This document shows, in pieces, positions 1 to 9,653 of a stretch of DNA of 64,000 nt. Numbering within the stretch: position 1 is the stretch's first letter; each line of letters starts with the position of its first letter. The stretch is from Thermodesulfobacteriota bacterium. Its GTDB lineage: Bacteria > Desulfobacterota_D > UBA1144 > Nemesobacterales > JAJCZQ01. A program made the position numbers and the translations under genes. The DNA is taken from NCBI GenBank assembly GCA_965215275.1, contig OZ244044.1, positions 1,797,561 through 1,861,560 of the forward strand, given 5' to 3'. Below the pieces are notes generated by a model. The model saw only the letters and a list, made by a program, of their open reading frames with translations. It did not search any database and was not told the DNA's origin.

Positions 1-408
1 AACCACGAATTTAGCCAGCTCGGCGGGCTGAAAGGTGAACGTTCCCAGTTCCAGCCATCTTTGAGCGCCGCCAACTTTCTTTCCCATGCCCGGTATTAAC
101 ACGGCTATGAGAAGGATCAGGCAGATCATGTAAGCAGGATAAACAAGATTTCTCAACAGCCTGTAATCCAGGTGCATGAAAACTATCATTGAAGACAGAC
201 CCAGCAGAAGATAGAGTGAATGCAGTTTGAGAAACCTTAAAGGGTCGTCGTAAACTTCAAGTGCGTAAACCGAACTTGTGCTGTAAACCATCAGTGCACC
301 AAAGCATGATATGAAGACCACTAATATGAACAGAGGAAAATCGTAGTTATTTTTTAAGGAGTTATATGCTTTTGACAATTTCTTTAAATATCCCTCCTCT
401 TTGTTCAT
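1..408 (-). CDS. ftsW: FtsW (SEDS-family peptidoglycan glycosyltransferase), N-terminal ~135 aa; 3' end runs off the window
   Basis: Minus-strand translation from ATG at 408 gives MNKEEGYLKK...DFPLFILVVFISCFGALMVYSTSSV (TM1) and later GAQRWLELGTFTFQPAELAKFVV. This matches the SEDS GxxRW..G..xQPSEfaK loop motif. The gene lies downstream of murD in the dcw cluster and overlaps the murD 3' end. Confidence 0.75.
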   Translation of the reverse strand, partial: MNKEEGYLKKLSKAYNSLKNNYDFPLFILVVFISCFGALMVYSTSSVYALEVYDDPLRFLKLHSLYLLLGLSSMIVFMHLDYRLLRNLVYPAYMICLILLIAVLIPGMGKKVGGAQRWLELGTFTFQPAELAKFVV

Positions 409-1690
409 AGGATTCGAACATATCAAAACTTGAACAGGCCGGAGAAAAAAGCAGAGTGACATTGCGGCATGGAACTGAAAAAGCGGTTTTGACCGCCTCG
501 TTCAGATCGCTTACCATCGTTGTGCGGACATGGTCTCCTACCTGCTGTTTTATTCTCGTTTTTGCTTCCCCAAAAAGTATCAGATGTTTTACCTTACTTC
601 CTAAAGCGGACTTTAAAACGGAGTAATCCATCCCTTTGTCCTTACCTCCCGCAAGAAGTATGATGGGGGATGGAACGCTCTCAATGGCTTTAAGCGTGGC
701 ATCCGGGTTCGTGGATTTGGAATCATTGTATATATCAAGGCCCAGATGGTTCCCTATGTATTCGATCCTGTGAGGAAGCGGCCTGAAGCCCTTTATGGCG
801 TCTTCGATCGCTTTGTTTTTACAGCCGAGCAGTTTTGCAGCGGTTATTGCACACATTGCATTTTGTAAATTATGAGCACCTCTTAGCATCAGGCCGTTCA
901 GATCGAATTTATCATCTCTGAAAGAGATGAGATTATTTCCAGTAATTGCCAGTTCATTATTTTTTCCCTTTCCAAAAGGAACGACCGTGGACCTGATGTC
1001 TGGCAGGTGATCTCTGACCCGTTCGTGATCCGTGTTTACGATCGCCCAGTCGTCTTCGGTCTGATTTTTAAAAATATTCATCTTTGAGCTGAAATACTCG
1101 TTAAAATCCCTGTGATGGTCCAGATGGTTGGAAGATATATTAAGAAAGATGGCAATATGGGGCCTGAACCTGTCGATCGTCTGCAGTTGAAAGCTGCTCG
1201 TTTCCAGCAGGATAAGATCGTAGTCCGATGAACGATGGGCGATCGATATTGCGGGTGTTCCTATGTTCCCACCGACAAAGACCCTGTATCCGGAACTGGA
1301 GAGTATTTCACCTGTTAAGCTGGTCGTGGTCGTTTTTCCGTTTGTCCCGGTGACCGCAATAATGGGTTTTTCTATAAACTGATAGGCGAGTTCTATCTCA
1401 CTGATCGTTTTTTTGCCCAGGTCCAGGGCTTTCCGTATAAATGGAGTATTGGGACTGACCCCAGGGCTGATCACTATCTCGTCACACCACTTTAAGTAAC
1501 TTTCCGAGTGTCTGCCGAACTCGATCTGCACTCCTGAACTGCACAGCCCGTTTATTTCAGCTGGCAGGTTATCGGCAGAGGACAGGTCAGAACCCCTTAC
1601 TTCTATATTTTTACCCTTTAAAAACCTTATAGTTTCAATTCCGGTCTTTTTCAGTCCTATGACCAGATATTTTTTTGCGTTCCCGCTCAT
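362..1690 (-). CDS. murD: UDP-N-acetylmuramoylalanine--D-glutamate ligase
   Basis: 442-aa ORF with the Mur-ligase motif GTNGKTTTT. Position between mraY and ftsW fits the dcw order. Confidence 0.9.
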   Translation of the reverse strand: MSGNAKKYLVIGLKKTGIETIRFLKGKNIEVRGSDLSSADNLPAEINGLCSSGVQIEFGRHSESYLKWCDEIVISPGVSPNTPFIRKALDLGKKTISEIELAYQFIEKPIIAVTGTNGKTTTTSLTGEILSSSGYRVFVGGNIGTPAISIAHRSSDYDLILLETSSFQLQTIDRFRPHIAIFLNISSNHLDHHRDFNEYFSSKMNIFKNQTEDDWAIVNTDHERVRDHLPDIRSTVVPFGKGKNNELAITGNNLISFRDDKFDLNGLMLRGAHNLQNAMCAITAAKLLGCKNKAIEDAIKGFRPLPHRIEYIGNHLGLDIYNDSKSTNPDATLKAIESVPSPIILLAGGKDKGMDYSVLKSALGSKVKHLILFGEAKTRIKQQVGDHVRTTMVSDLNEAVKTAFSVPCRNVTLLFSPACSSFDMFESYEQRGGIFKEIVKSI

Positions 1691-1691
1691 T

Positions 1692-2804
1692 TTACCTTAG
1701 TTTCAGGGTGGCCAGTGCCATAAGGGCAAACACTATTGATATTATCCAGAACCGTATTACGACTTTGGACTCTGACCATCCGCTTAGTTCAAAATGATGG
1801 TGCAGGGGGGCCATTTTCAAGATCCTTTTTCCCGTTAATTTAAATGACGTCATCTGCAGGATCACTGAAAGTGCCTCTATAACGAAAAGTCCACCTACGA
1901 TCACCAGAAGCAGTTCCTGCTTGATTACTATTGCTGAAAACCCTATGACTGCTCCCAGCGTCATAGAACCTACGTCTCCCATAAAGACCTGGGCCGGATG
2001 AGAGTTGTACCAGAGGAACCCTAGACACGCCCCGCCTATTGCAGATAGAAAAACTGCCAGTTCTCCGCCCACGGGTATATAGGGTATCTGCAGGTAGCTT
2101 GAAAATTCAGAGTTCCCGGCAATGTAGGCCAGGATAATGTAGGTCGATATCGCAACTGCGATTGAACCTATGGCCAGTCCATCGAGTCCGTCGGTGAAAT
2201 TGACGGCGTTCGATGTACCGATTATGACAAGGAGTGCAAATGGGATATAAAAGATCCCCAGTTTTATAACGGCTTTTTTAAAAAATGGAAAGACCACTGA
2301 CGTATGTTCATAGAAGGTATTCTCGTTAACTCCATAGGACATGGTGAACACCCCTTCCTGCACGGAAAGTAAAAGAACTATGAACATGGAACCGACTATC
2401 ATCTGGAGCAGGAGCTTGACCCTTGCTCTCATGCCGTTGTTACTGGTGAGCTTGAACCAGTCGTCCAGAAATCCGATAAGCGAGAAGCCGATCATGGAAA
2501 CAAGCATCACGATCATTATCATGTTGCTTATATTTACCCATAAGAGAGTTGAAATTATAATTGCAAGGACGATGAAGGTACCTCCCATCGTGGGGGTTCC
2601 TGATTTGGCTTTGTGGGAAGATGGTCCGTCTTCTCTGATACTTTCCCTGACCTGCCTTGCCTGCAGGAAATTTATGAACTTCTGTCCGAGGAATATGCAG
2701 ATAAGGAACGCGGTAACCCCTGCTCCGAACGAACGAAAAGTGATGTATTTGAACACGTTGAATAAAATAAAATGTTCTTTCAGATAAAATAAAAAATAGA
2801 GCAT
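1692..2804 (-). CDS. mraY: phospho-N-acetylmuramoyl-pentapeptide transferase
   Basis: 370-aa polytopic membrane protein with the dcw-cluster position between murF and murD. Confidence 0.9.
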   Translation of the reverse strand: MLYFLFYLKEHFILFNVFKYITFRSFGAGVTAFLICIFLGQKFINFLQARQVRESIREDGPSSHKAKSGTPTMGGTFIVLAIIISTLLWVNISNMIMIVMLVSMIGFSLIGFLDDWFKLTSNNGMRARVKLLLQMIVGSMFIVLLLSVQEGVFTMSYGVNENTFYEHTSVVFPFFKKAVIKLGIFYIPFALLVIIGTSNAVNFTDGLDGLAIGSIAVAISTYIILAYIAGNSEFSSYLQIPYIPVGGELAVFLSAIGGACLGFLWYNSHPAQVFMGDVGSMTLGAVIGFSAIVIKQELLLVIVGGLFVIEALSVILQMTSFKLTGKRILKMAPLHHHFELSGWSESKVVIRFWIISIVFALMALATLKLR

Positions 2805-2808
2805 TGTA

Positions 2809-4182
2809 TCAGTTCAGAAACTTTATCGTGTTTTCCATTTTCATACCGCGGGACCCCTTAAGCAGTATAAAATCATTATTTTCTGCGTTTGCAACAAGAA
2901 TTCTTGCAGCTTCCTCGTGCGTTTCAACGTGCAGGTTGTCCACTTCACCTTCAAGTTCTTCATTTATAAGCTTTGATAGTTCTCCATAGGTTATCACCAT
3001 ATCTATGTTCAGGTTTTTTATATGCCTGCCAATTTCCTTGTGCTCGCTGCCGCTGCCGGGTCCGAGTTCAAGCATATCTCCCAGTACGGCGATCACCTTG
3101 TTGTCGTTTTTTAACCTGGAAAGTTCAGTAAGGGCACTGGACATGGACGTGGGATTGGCATTATAGGAGTCGTTGATGATCCTGAATCCATGATCGGTCT
3201 GTATTATTTCAAGTCTCATGCTTACGGGTTCGTACGTTTTTATGCCTTCAACTATCTCCTCCAGCGAATACCCTAATGAGCATGCTATTGCTGACGCACA
3301 GAGAGCGTTCATAACGTTATGTGTACCAAAGCCCTTTATTCTCGCTTCCTCGGACCTGCCGTTTATGATCAGGTCGAAGGTTATGGCTTCAGTTCCCCTG
3401 CTCCTTATATTATCAGCACGTATATCAGCGCTCTTGCTGCTTAGACCGTAGGTGATCTTACGGCAGTTCAGTCCGGAGGCCATTATACTTATGTACGGGT
3501 CGTCCACGTTTACAATAAAGTCATTGTCCCTGCCGAACTTTTCGATCATCTCTCCCTTTGCTTTTGCCACGCCTTCAAGGGTTTTCATCTTTTTCAGGTG
3601 TCCTCTGCCGATGTTCGTTATAGCTCCTATGTCCGGTTGGGCCATACTGGTGAGCTGTCTGATCTCGCCAAAGTCGTTCATCCCGATCTCAGCCACGCAT
3701 ATATCGTGGCTGTCGTTCAGTTTAAGCAGCGTCAGCGGGAGTCCGAGATGGTTGTTTAGATTGCCCTGATTTTTCAATACCTTCTTTTTTACTGACAGGA
3801 TGCCGGCGGTTATTTCTTTTGTTGTTGTTTTACCGTTCGTGCCGGTGATACACGCGACTTTAAGCTTTTTATAACGATTTCTCCATGTGTTTGCCATCTG
3901 TCCGAGCGCTTCAGCAGTGGAACGCACTTTCATTATCGTTTTATTATCTTTCATTTTCAGATTTTCAGGTACACGTTCAAGTATCACGCCGGCTGCCCCT
4001 TTTTCAAATGCCTCGTTAATAAAGTCATGACCATCGAACCTGTCTCCCCTTATGGCGATGAAGAGATCTCCTGAAACTATCTTTCTGCTGTCAATTGATA
4101 TATCGCTGAAGTACCTTGCTGCGGACCTGTCCGACACTACTTCACAACCTGATGACCTTATTATGAATTCTCGTTCGAACAT
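2809..4182 (-). CDS. murF: UDP-N-acetylmuramoyl-tripeptide--D-alanyl-D-alanine ligase
   Basis: 457 aa with Mur-ligase P-loop ITGTNGKTTTKE; sits between murE and mraY. Confidence 0.9.
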   Translation of the reverse strand: MFEREFIIRSSGCEVVSDRSAARYFSDISIDSRKIVSGDLFIAIRGDRFDGHDFINEAFEKGAAGVILERVPENLKMKDNKTIMKVRSTAEALGQMANTWRNRYKKLKVACITGTNGKTTTKEITAGILSVKKKVLKNQGNLNNHLGLPLTLLKLNDSHDICVAEIGMNDFGEIRQLTSMAQPDIGAITNIGRGHLKKMKTLEGVAKAKGEMIEKFGRDNDFIVNVDDPYISIMASGLNCRKITYGLSSKSADIRADNIRSRGTEAITFDLIINGRSEEARIKGFGTHNVMNALCASAIACSLGYSLEEIVEGIKTYEPVSMRLEIIQTDHGFRIINDSYNANPTSMSSALTELSRLKNDNKVIAVLGDMLELGPGSGSEHKEIGRHIKNLNIDMVITYGELSKLINEELEGEVDNLHVETHEEAARILVANAENNDFILLKGSRGMKMENTIKFLN

Positions 4183-5700
4183 CTATCCTTCTGAACCGTC
4201 CAGAAATTTTTTTACGACCTCTCTGTCGTCAAAATCGATCTTCTTATCTCCGATGATCTGATAGTTCTCATGACCCTTACCCGCTATCAGGATAATGTCG
4301 TCTTTTCCGGCAAGTTCGATCGATCTTTTTATGGCCTTCTCTCTGCTGACGATCTTCGTATAGTTGTTACGAATTGAAGGTACGGACCTGATCCCTACCT
4401 CAATGTCGTTAATGATCTTTTCAGGGTCTTCCGATCTTGGATTATCTGAAGTTATTATCACGTGATCAGAGAACTGACCGGCGATTTTACCCATCATGGC
4501 CCTTTTGTCTTCATCCCTGTCTCCTCCGCATCCAAACACCGTGATAATACTGCTTTTTTTGAATGGTCGAAGGGCCTTTAAGATGTTCTGGAGTGCGTCG
4601 GGTGTATGTGCGTAGTCTATAAAAACTTCAAATCCCGCACGGCTTGTAATTTTTTCCAGCCTGCCGGGAACCGTTATATTTTCGGATATTGCGGACCCGA
4701 TACAGGATAAAGGAACTCCAAGTTCAGACGTGATCGTTACTGCCGCCAGGATATTATATAGATTATGTGCTCCTATGAAACTTGATCTTATCCTTAATTT
4801 TTCTCCTTTTACCATCAGTTCTGCCTCTATGCCTGAGCGGGACATCCTGTGACTTATGGAATGTACGTCCGCGTCGTCTGACAGCAGGGAGTAGGAGGCC
4901 GTTCTGTCGTCCGTTCCCGCGGCTATTTCCCTGCCGTAATGGTCATCGGCGTTAACCACTGCGACCTTGTTCTTTTTAGAACTGTTCTTTAAGACCCTGG
5001 TAAAGAGTTTTTTTTTAGAGTCGAAGTACGAATCCATTGAGCTGTGATAATCCAGATGGTCTCTGGAAAGGTTAGTAAACGCGGCACAGTCAAAATTACA
5101 GCCGTCAACCCTGTTCAGGTCCAGAGCGTGGGACGATACTTCCATGCACACGTTACTCACCTTGTTCTGCCTCATTTCGTACAGAAGTCTGGCAAGTTCT
5201 ATCGAATCGGGAGTTGTCATGGAGGAGGCTGATGCTTTTCCAGCGAACCTGTTCTCAATGGTCCCTATGGTCCCGGTTATCCTGTTCTCTTTTTTCCAGA
5301 TGGCATCAACTATGTTCGATACGGTGGTTTTACCGTTTGTTCCCGTGACCCCCACTAACGTCAGATCGTCTGACGGATCAAGGTAATAGCTTGAAGCGGT
5401 AAAGGGTGTGCATTCCCTTGTGTTGCTTACTCTTACGTACGTGATGTCCTCCCGCGTGTTTTCCGGCATGTCCTCCAGAAGTATAGAGGATGCTCCTTTT
5501 TCGGCCGCAGAACCAATGAAGTCGTGTCCATCAAAGTTGCTGCCCCTTATCGCACAGAACATGTATCCCTTTTTTACTTCTTTCGAGTTTGAAGTTATGC
5601 CCGTCACTTTACTTTGAAGACTGCCGGTCACGTTTAAGTAGCTAACATTTTTAAGAACGTCGATTACCTTCATATATCCTGACTCAAAGTGAATGAGCAT
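4183..5700 (-). CDS. murE: UDP-N-acetylmuramoyl-L-alanyl-D-glutamate--2,6-diaminopimelate ligase (start possibly at 5673, MKVIDVL...)
   Basis: 505 aa with Mur-ligase P-loop VTGTNGKTT; the stop abuts the murF start. Confidence 0.88.
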   Translation of the reverse strand: MLIHFESGYMKVIDVLKNVSYLNVTGSLQSKVTGITSNSKEVKKGYMFCAIRGSNFDGHDFIGSAAEKGASSILLEDMPENTREDITYVRVSNTRECTPFTASSYYLDPSDDLTLVGVTGTNGKTTVSNIVDAIWKKENRITGTIGTIENRFAGKASASSMTTPDSIELARLLYEMRQNKVSNVCMEVSSHALDLNRVDGCNFDCAAFTNLSRDHLDYHSSMDSYFDSKKKLFTRVLKNSSKKNKVAVVNADDHYGREIAAGTDDRTASYSLLSDDADVHSISHRMSRSGIEAELMVKGEKLRIRSSFIGAHNLYNILAAVTITSELGVPLSCIGSAISENITVPGRLEKITSRAGFEVFIDYAHTPDALQNILKALRPFKKSSIITVFGCGGDRDEDKRAMMGKIAGQFSDHVIITSDNPRSEDPEKIINDIEVGIRSVPSIRNNYTKIVSREKAIKRSIELAGKDDIILIAGKGHENYQIIGDKKIDFDDREVVKKFLDGSEG

Positions 5701-7592
5701 ATGGTATCACTTTTTATTTTTTGTCCCGTTTCCGGAGACTGGGAAACTGCAAAACCGGCTCCGTCGAACTTTACCTCCACCCCCGTCTGACTTGCCCACT
5801 TTAATATGTCTCTTTTGCTTTTTCCGGCCAGATCGGGCATCAGCTTTTCTCCCGAGAAGTCACTATCCGCCGGTACCCCTAAATGGAACAGGGTCTTTTC
5901 CGTAATGGACCTGAAAATAGGAGCTGCCACGGACCCTCCATATATGGATTTTTTCGGATTGTGCACAACGACCGCAAGGGTGATCTCAGGTTCATATGCG
6001 GGAGCAAATCCTACAAAGGACGCTATGTACCTGTCTTTGTGGTAACCTCCCGTTTCCAGGTCCGGTATCTGGGCCGTTCCGGTTTTTCCGGCAACCTTAT
6101 ATCCGTTGATCTTCGCATTTTTTCCAGACCCGTTCTCCACGACGCCCTGTAAGATGGAGGTGGCCTGCATAGCCGTTTCGTAGGAGATCACTTTTTTCAG
6201 TGCCTCCGGACTTTTTTGTTTAACCGTTATACCGTCCGGTGAGTTTATCTGCTTAACGATGTGAGGTTTCATAAGGTATCCACCGTTGGCAATGGCCGAC
6301 ATGGCAGTTGCCAGTTGAAGGGACGTAATGGAGACCCCTTGTCCGAATGAAATGGTCGCCAGTTCCAGCGGTCCCCATTTTCTGCTGTTCGAAAGCATCC
6401 CAGGGGATTCTCCCGGCAGATCAACTCCCAGGACCTTGCCAAATCCAAAGTCTCTCAGATAACTGTAGAGGTTTGCTTTTCCCACGTTCTCTCCGATCTT
6501 GGACGCACATATGTTACTTGATACCTGTATGGTTTCAGAAACCGTTAAGATCTCGTGAGGGTAGGCGTCTTTTATAACCTTTGAACCGATCTTCCTTTTT
6601 CCGTTTTCACAATCGTAAGTTGAACTGGATTCCACCACTCCTTCTTCCAGAGCGGCTGCCACAAGGAACACTTTCAACGTTGAACCTGGTTCGAACATCT
6701 GCCATATAGAGAAATTCCTTCTGTATTGCTCGGGGAATTCTGCAAATCTGTTAGGGTTAAAGAACGGATAGGAGGCCATGGCAAGTATCTCTCCCGTGTT
6801 CGGGTTCATTGCGACCGCCATTCCACTTTCCGCCTCGGTTTTTATAATGCCGGTTTTGAGTTCCTTTTCCACTATATGCTGTATAGTGGAATCGATCGTC
6901 AGTTGTACTTCATGTCCTCTGGCGGGACTTTCAAGATCAGCCGGGGTCCTGAGTATCTGTCTTCCCTTGGCGTCTTTTCTGAATCTGATCTTTTGAGGGG
7001 TTCCCGACAGTACTTTGTCCATGCCGTACTCTATTCCCTCGATACCCTTTGAGTCTATATCGGTAAAACCAAGTACCTGTCCGAGCAGATATTCGTTAGG
7101 GTAGACCCTCTTGGGTTCCTTTAAAAAACCGATGCCCTCGATGTTCAGACCCTTTAATTTTTTTACCAGCTTCTCGTCAGCTAACCTTTTTAACCATACG
7201 AATGATTTATTTGACGAGACAAGGGCAAGGACCTTCCTGTATTCAAAGTGGGTGTTCGCGGATATTTCCTTAGCGAATTTTTTAGGGTCCCTGATCTGTT
7301 TTGGATTTATATAAATGGAGTCGGTATCAACGTTCGTGGCAAGATACCTGTTGTTCCTGTCAAGGATGTTGCCCCTTCTGGGCAGGAGACCGAACGAACC
7401 GAAATGCTGTTTTTCTGCTATCTTGAGTGATTTGTTACGGTCTGCTACCTGTAACGTGAATGCCTTATAGGCTATGGTCGTAAACGATAGAAAAACGATA
7501 AAAGCCGAAATGTAAATTTTCCATTTACCTGTTCTGGAACCGTCTTTATAATGGTAAGACCGGTTCCTGTTCCGCTTTTTTATAGTTTTCAT
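5670..7592 (-). CDS. ftsI: penicillin-binding protein 3 / FtsI transpeptidase
   Basis: 640 aa with an N-terminal TM segment and an STxK/SxN/KTG transpeptidase fold (GSTLK, KTGTA); sits between ftsL and murE. Confidence 0.88.
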   Translation of the reverse strand: MKTIKKRNRNRSYHYKDGSRTGKWKIYISAFIVFLSFTTIAYKAFTLQVADRNKSLKIAEKQHFGSFGLLPRRGNILDRNNRYLATNVDTDSIYINPKQIRDPKKFAKEISANTHFEYRKVLALVSSNKSFVWLKRLADEKLVKKLKGLNIEGIGFLKEPKRVYPNEYLLGQVLGFTDIDSKGIEGIEYGMDKVLSGTPQKIRFRKDAKGRQILRTPADLESPARGHEVQLTIDSTIQHIVEKELKTGIIKTEAESGMAVAMNPNTGEILAMASYPFFNPNRFAEFPEQYRRNFSIWQMFEPGSTLKVFLVAAALEEGVVESSSTYDCENGKRKIGSKVIKDAYPHEILTVSETIQVSSNICASKIGENVGKANLYSYLRDFGFGKVLGVDLPGESPGMLSNSRKWGPLELATISFGQGVSITSLQLATAMSAIANGGYLMKPHIVKQINSPDGITVKQKSPEALKKVISYETAMQATSILQGVVENGSGKNAKINGYKVAGKTGTAQIPDLETGGYHKDRYIASFVGFAPAYEPEITLAVVVHNPKKSIYGGSVAAPIFRSITEKTLFHLGVPADSDFSGEKLMPDLAGKSKRDILKWASQTGVEVKFDGAGFAVSQSPETGQKIKSDTICSFTLSQDI

Positions 7593-7897
7593 TTTCTATT
7601 ACTGATAATAGTCGCTCTTTCCATGTAAAAGATATCGTTCTGGGTCGGAAATCTGAACCCCAGATTACTGGCTATGATCTCCAGTTTGTACGGTGACTGA
7701 AGATTTGACAGCCTGGCCCTTAATTTCTGCCTTTCCTGTACCAGTGATTTTTCTCTTTCAGTGTTTTCTGATATTGCGTATCCCGTGTCTATCTGATCCA
7801 CCTTTATCTTCACAAAGGCCATTGAGAACCCCAGGGTTAAAACTATTGTCAACAGTGCTATAGATCTTTTGTTCATTGTTTTATATCCTCTCTCCAA
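7589..7897 (-). CDS. ftsL: cell division protein FtsL (small bitopic membrane protein)
   Basis: 102 aa with a single TM segment followed by a coiled-coil-like region; overlaps rsmH and ftsI as is typical for dcw clusters. Confidence 0.7.
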   Translation of the reverse strand: MERGYKTMNKRSIALLTIVLTLGFSMAFVKIKVDQIDTGYAISENTEREKSLVQERQKLRARLSNLQSPYKLEIIASNLGFRFPTQNDIFYMERATIISNRK

Positions 7898-8846
7898 TTC
7901 TCATTTTGGCACTTCTGCATCTTGGATTTTCCATACGCTCCTCTTCGCTGGGTCTTATGGGGGACTTGGTCAGTATTTTCAAGGTGCTTTTTTTCTGGCA
8001 ACCGCACACGGGCAGGTCTGGTGGACAGATACAGTTTGAACTGAATTCCTTGAAGTAGTTCTTAACGACCCGGTCCTCAAGGGAATGAAAGGATATTATT
8101 ATCAGCCGCCCTCCGGACTTTAACAGATCGACCGCTTTTTTTATAAATACCCTTAGATTATCTATTTCGTTGTTCACTGCTATTCGGAGAGCCTGGAACG
8201 TCTTTGTTGCAGGGTGTCTGCTTTTTGAATGAAATCTTTTCGGGATCGAACTGGAAACTATCTCTGCCAGTTCTGCAGCGGTCTTCAGCGGGCCGGATTT
8301 TCGTGCCTTGACGATAGACTCGGAGATCCTTTTTGAAAAATTTTCCTCTCCGTAATTTTTTATCAGACCTTCGATCTCTTCCGCGGTCATCTCGTTCAGC
8401 AGATCGAACGCGGTAAACTGAAGTTTTATGTCCATTCTCATGTCGAGGGGGCCGTTACCTGAGAAGCTGAATCCCCTGTTGTCGTTTTCAAGCTGAAAGG
8501 ATGACATGCCGAGGTCTGCGATTATCCCGTCTACTTTTTCCACGCCGAGGTCCCTGACCACGCTGTCAATGTCGACAAAATTCTTATTTACGAGGGTCAC
8601 CTGACTTTTAAACGGTTTCAGGTACTGCTCGGAATACATCAGAGCTCCCTCGTCTACGTCCAGACCGATTATCTTTGACCTGCAACCCGACATTTCAAGA
8701 AGCTGCATGGAGTGTCCTCCTAATCCCACCGTTGCATCTACGTATACGCCATCTTCCACCGGGTTAAGATAGTCAACGGCTTCTCTCAACAGGACCGTTT
8801 TATGTACAGGCTGATTAACTTTTGTAGCGACTTTATTCATTTTCAT
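7881..8846 (-). CDS. rsmH: 16S rRNA (cytosine1402-N4)-methyltransferase RsmH (MraW)
   Basis: 321-aa SAM-methyltransferase fold lying immediately downstream of mraZ. Confidence 0.88.
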   Translation of the reverse strand: MKMNKVATKVNQPVHKTVLLREAVDYLNPVEDGVYVDATVGLGGHSMQLLEMSGCRSKIIGLDVDEGALMYSEQYLKPFKSQVTLVNKNFVDIDSVVRDLGVEKVDGIIADLGMSSFQLENDNRGFSFSGNGPLDMRMDIKLQFTAFDLLNEMTAEEIEGLIKNYGEENFSKRISESIVKARKSGPLKTAAELAEIVSSSIPKRFHSKSRHPATKTFQALRIAVNNEIDNLRVFIKKAVDLLKSGGRLIIISFHSLEDRVVKNYFKEFSSNCICPPDLPVCGCQKKSTLKILTKSPIRPSEEERMENPRCRSAKMRIGERI

Positions 8847-9289
8847 AGTCCGTATTCTGCAAGGATCTCCCTGTTTTTGTTGAACTGCAGATGAGAGCCC
8901 TTAAACACCTCCTCATACCAGATATTTTTATCCCATATCTCGATTTTCTTCAGCATACCCACCATCACTACCTCTTGTGTGATGTTTGCGTGCTTTCTCA
9001 GCAGCTGGGGTATTAAGACCCTGCCCTGTCCGTCAACGGGGCAGTCTGAAGCCCCTCCCATTAAATATCTAATAGAAGCCAGCAGGTTCTCGTTAAACTG
9101 GGGCAGGGCGGACATACTGTTCTCGATCTTGCTCCATTCCTGTAGAGGATAAGCCACCAGACACCTGTCAAAGTTAGTTATGATGAAGAACTCCTCGTCG
9201 TATTTTTCACGACAGATCTCCCTGAACTTGGAAGGAATACTGACCCTTCCGGTGCTTGTTACCTTGTGTTCATATTGTCCGCGGAACAT
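8843..9289 (-). CDS. mraZ: transcriptional regulator MraZ
   Basis: 148 aa; first gene of the dcw cluster with a 4-bp overlap with rsmH. Confidence 0.85.
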   Translation of the reverse strand: MFRGQYEHKVTSTGRVSIPSKFREICREKYDEEFFIITNFDRCLVAYPLQEWSKIENSMSALPQFNENLLASIRYLMGGASDCPVDGQGRVLIPQLLRKHANITQEVVMVGMLKKIEIWDKNIWYEEVFKGSHLQFNKNREILAEYGL

Positions 9290-9434
9290 GATTAACCAAA
9301 CTGTACCATTTTATGCCATAATATATACTTTATATGCCATTTGATTACGATATAAGAAATAAGTTAAAATGTCAAGCGTTATGAGGATAAGTAAAAAAAT
9401 TATATGTTTTAAGCGGTTTTGAACTGGATGATCA
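9290..9434. promoter_or_regulatory. divergent promoter region of the dcw cluster (mraZ) and the 9435/murJ unit; contains a direct repeat TATGCCAT x2 spaced 21 bp apart
   Basis: AT-rich intergenic region upstream of mraZ. Repeats lie at 9312-9319 and 9333-9340. Confidence 0.3.
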
Positions 9435-9653
9435 ATGCCGGATATTTTCATAAGACTTCATAAGAAAAGTCAGAATGTATTGCTGCAGTCCGTTCTGGGC
9501 AGCTATTCACATTTGATGTGGGTGAGAACCGAGGACCGGAAAAGTGCACTTGTCAGGGTTGCCACGACCGATGACCTCTATCAGGAAACTGTCGGTGTAC
9601 TCAAAAGTATAAGGTCATACATTGGCTATGATATTGTAAAAGCTGATAAATGA
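9435..9653 (+). CDS. hypothetical small protein (72 aa), translationally coupled to murJ
   Basis: ORF ends in ATGA, overlapping the murJ start codon. No recognisable motif. Confidence 0.4.
   Translation: MPDIFIRLHKKSQNVLLQSVLGSYSHLMWVRTEDRKSALVRVATTDDLYQETVGVLKSIRSYIGYDIVKADK

Noticed and set aside
2341-2787. Plus-strand ORFs antisense to the dcw genes (e.g. 2341-2787, 3218-3769, 5044-5617, 5693-7430)
   Set aside because: Shadow ORFs lying entirely inside well-supported minus-strand genes. Low-complexity translations with no motifs.
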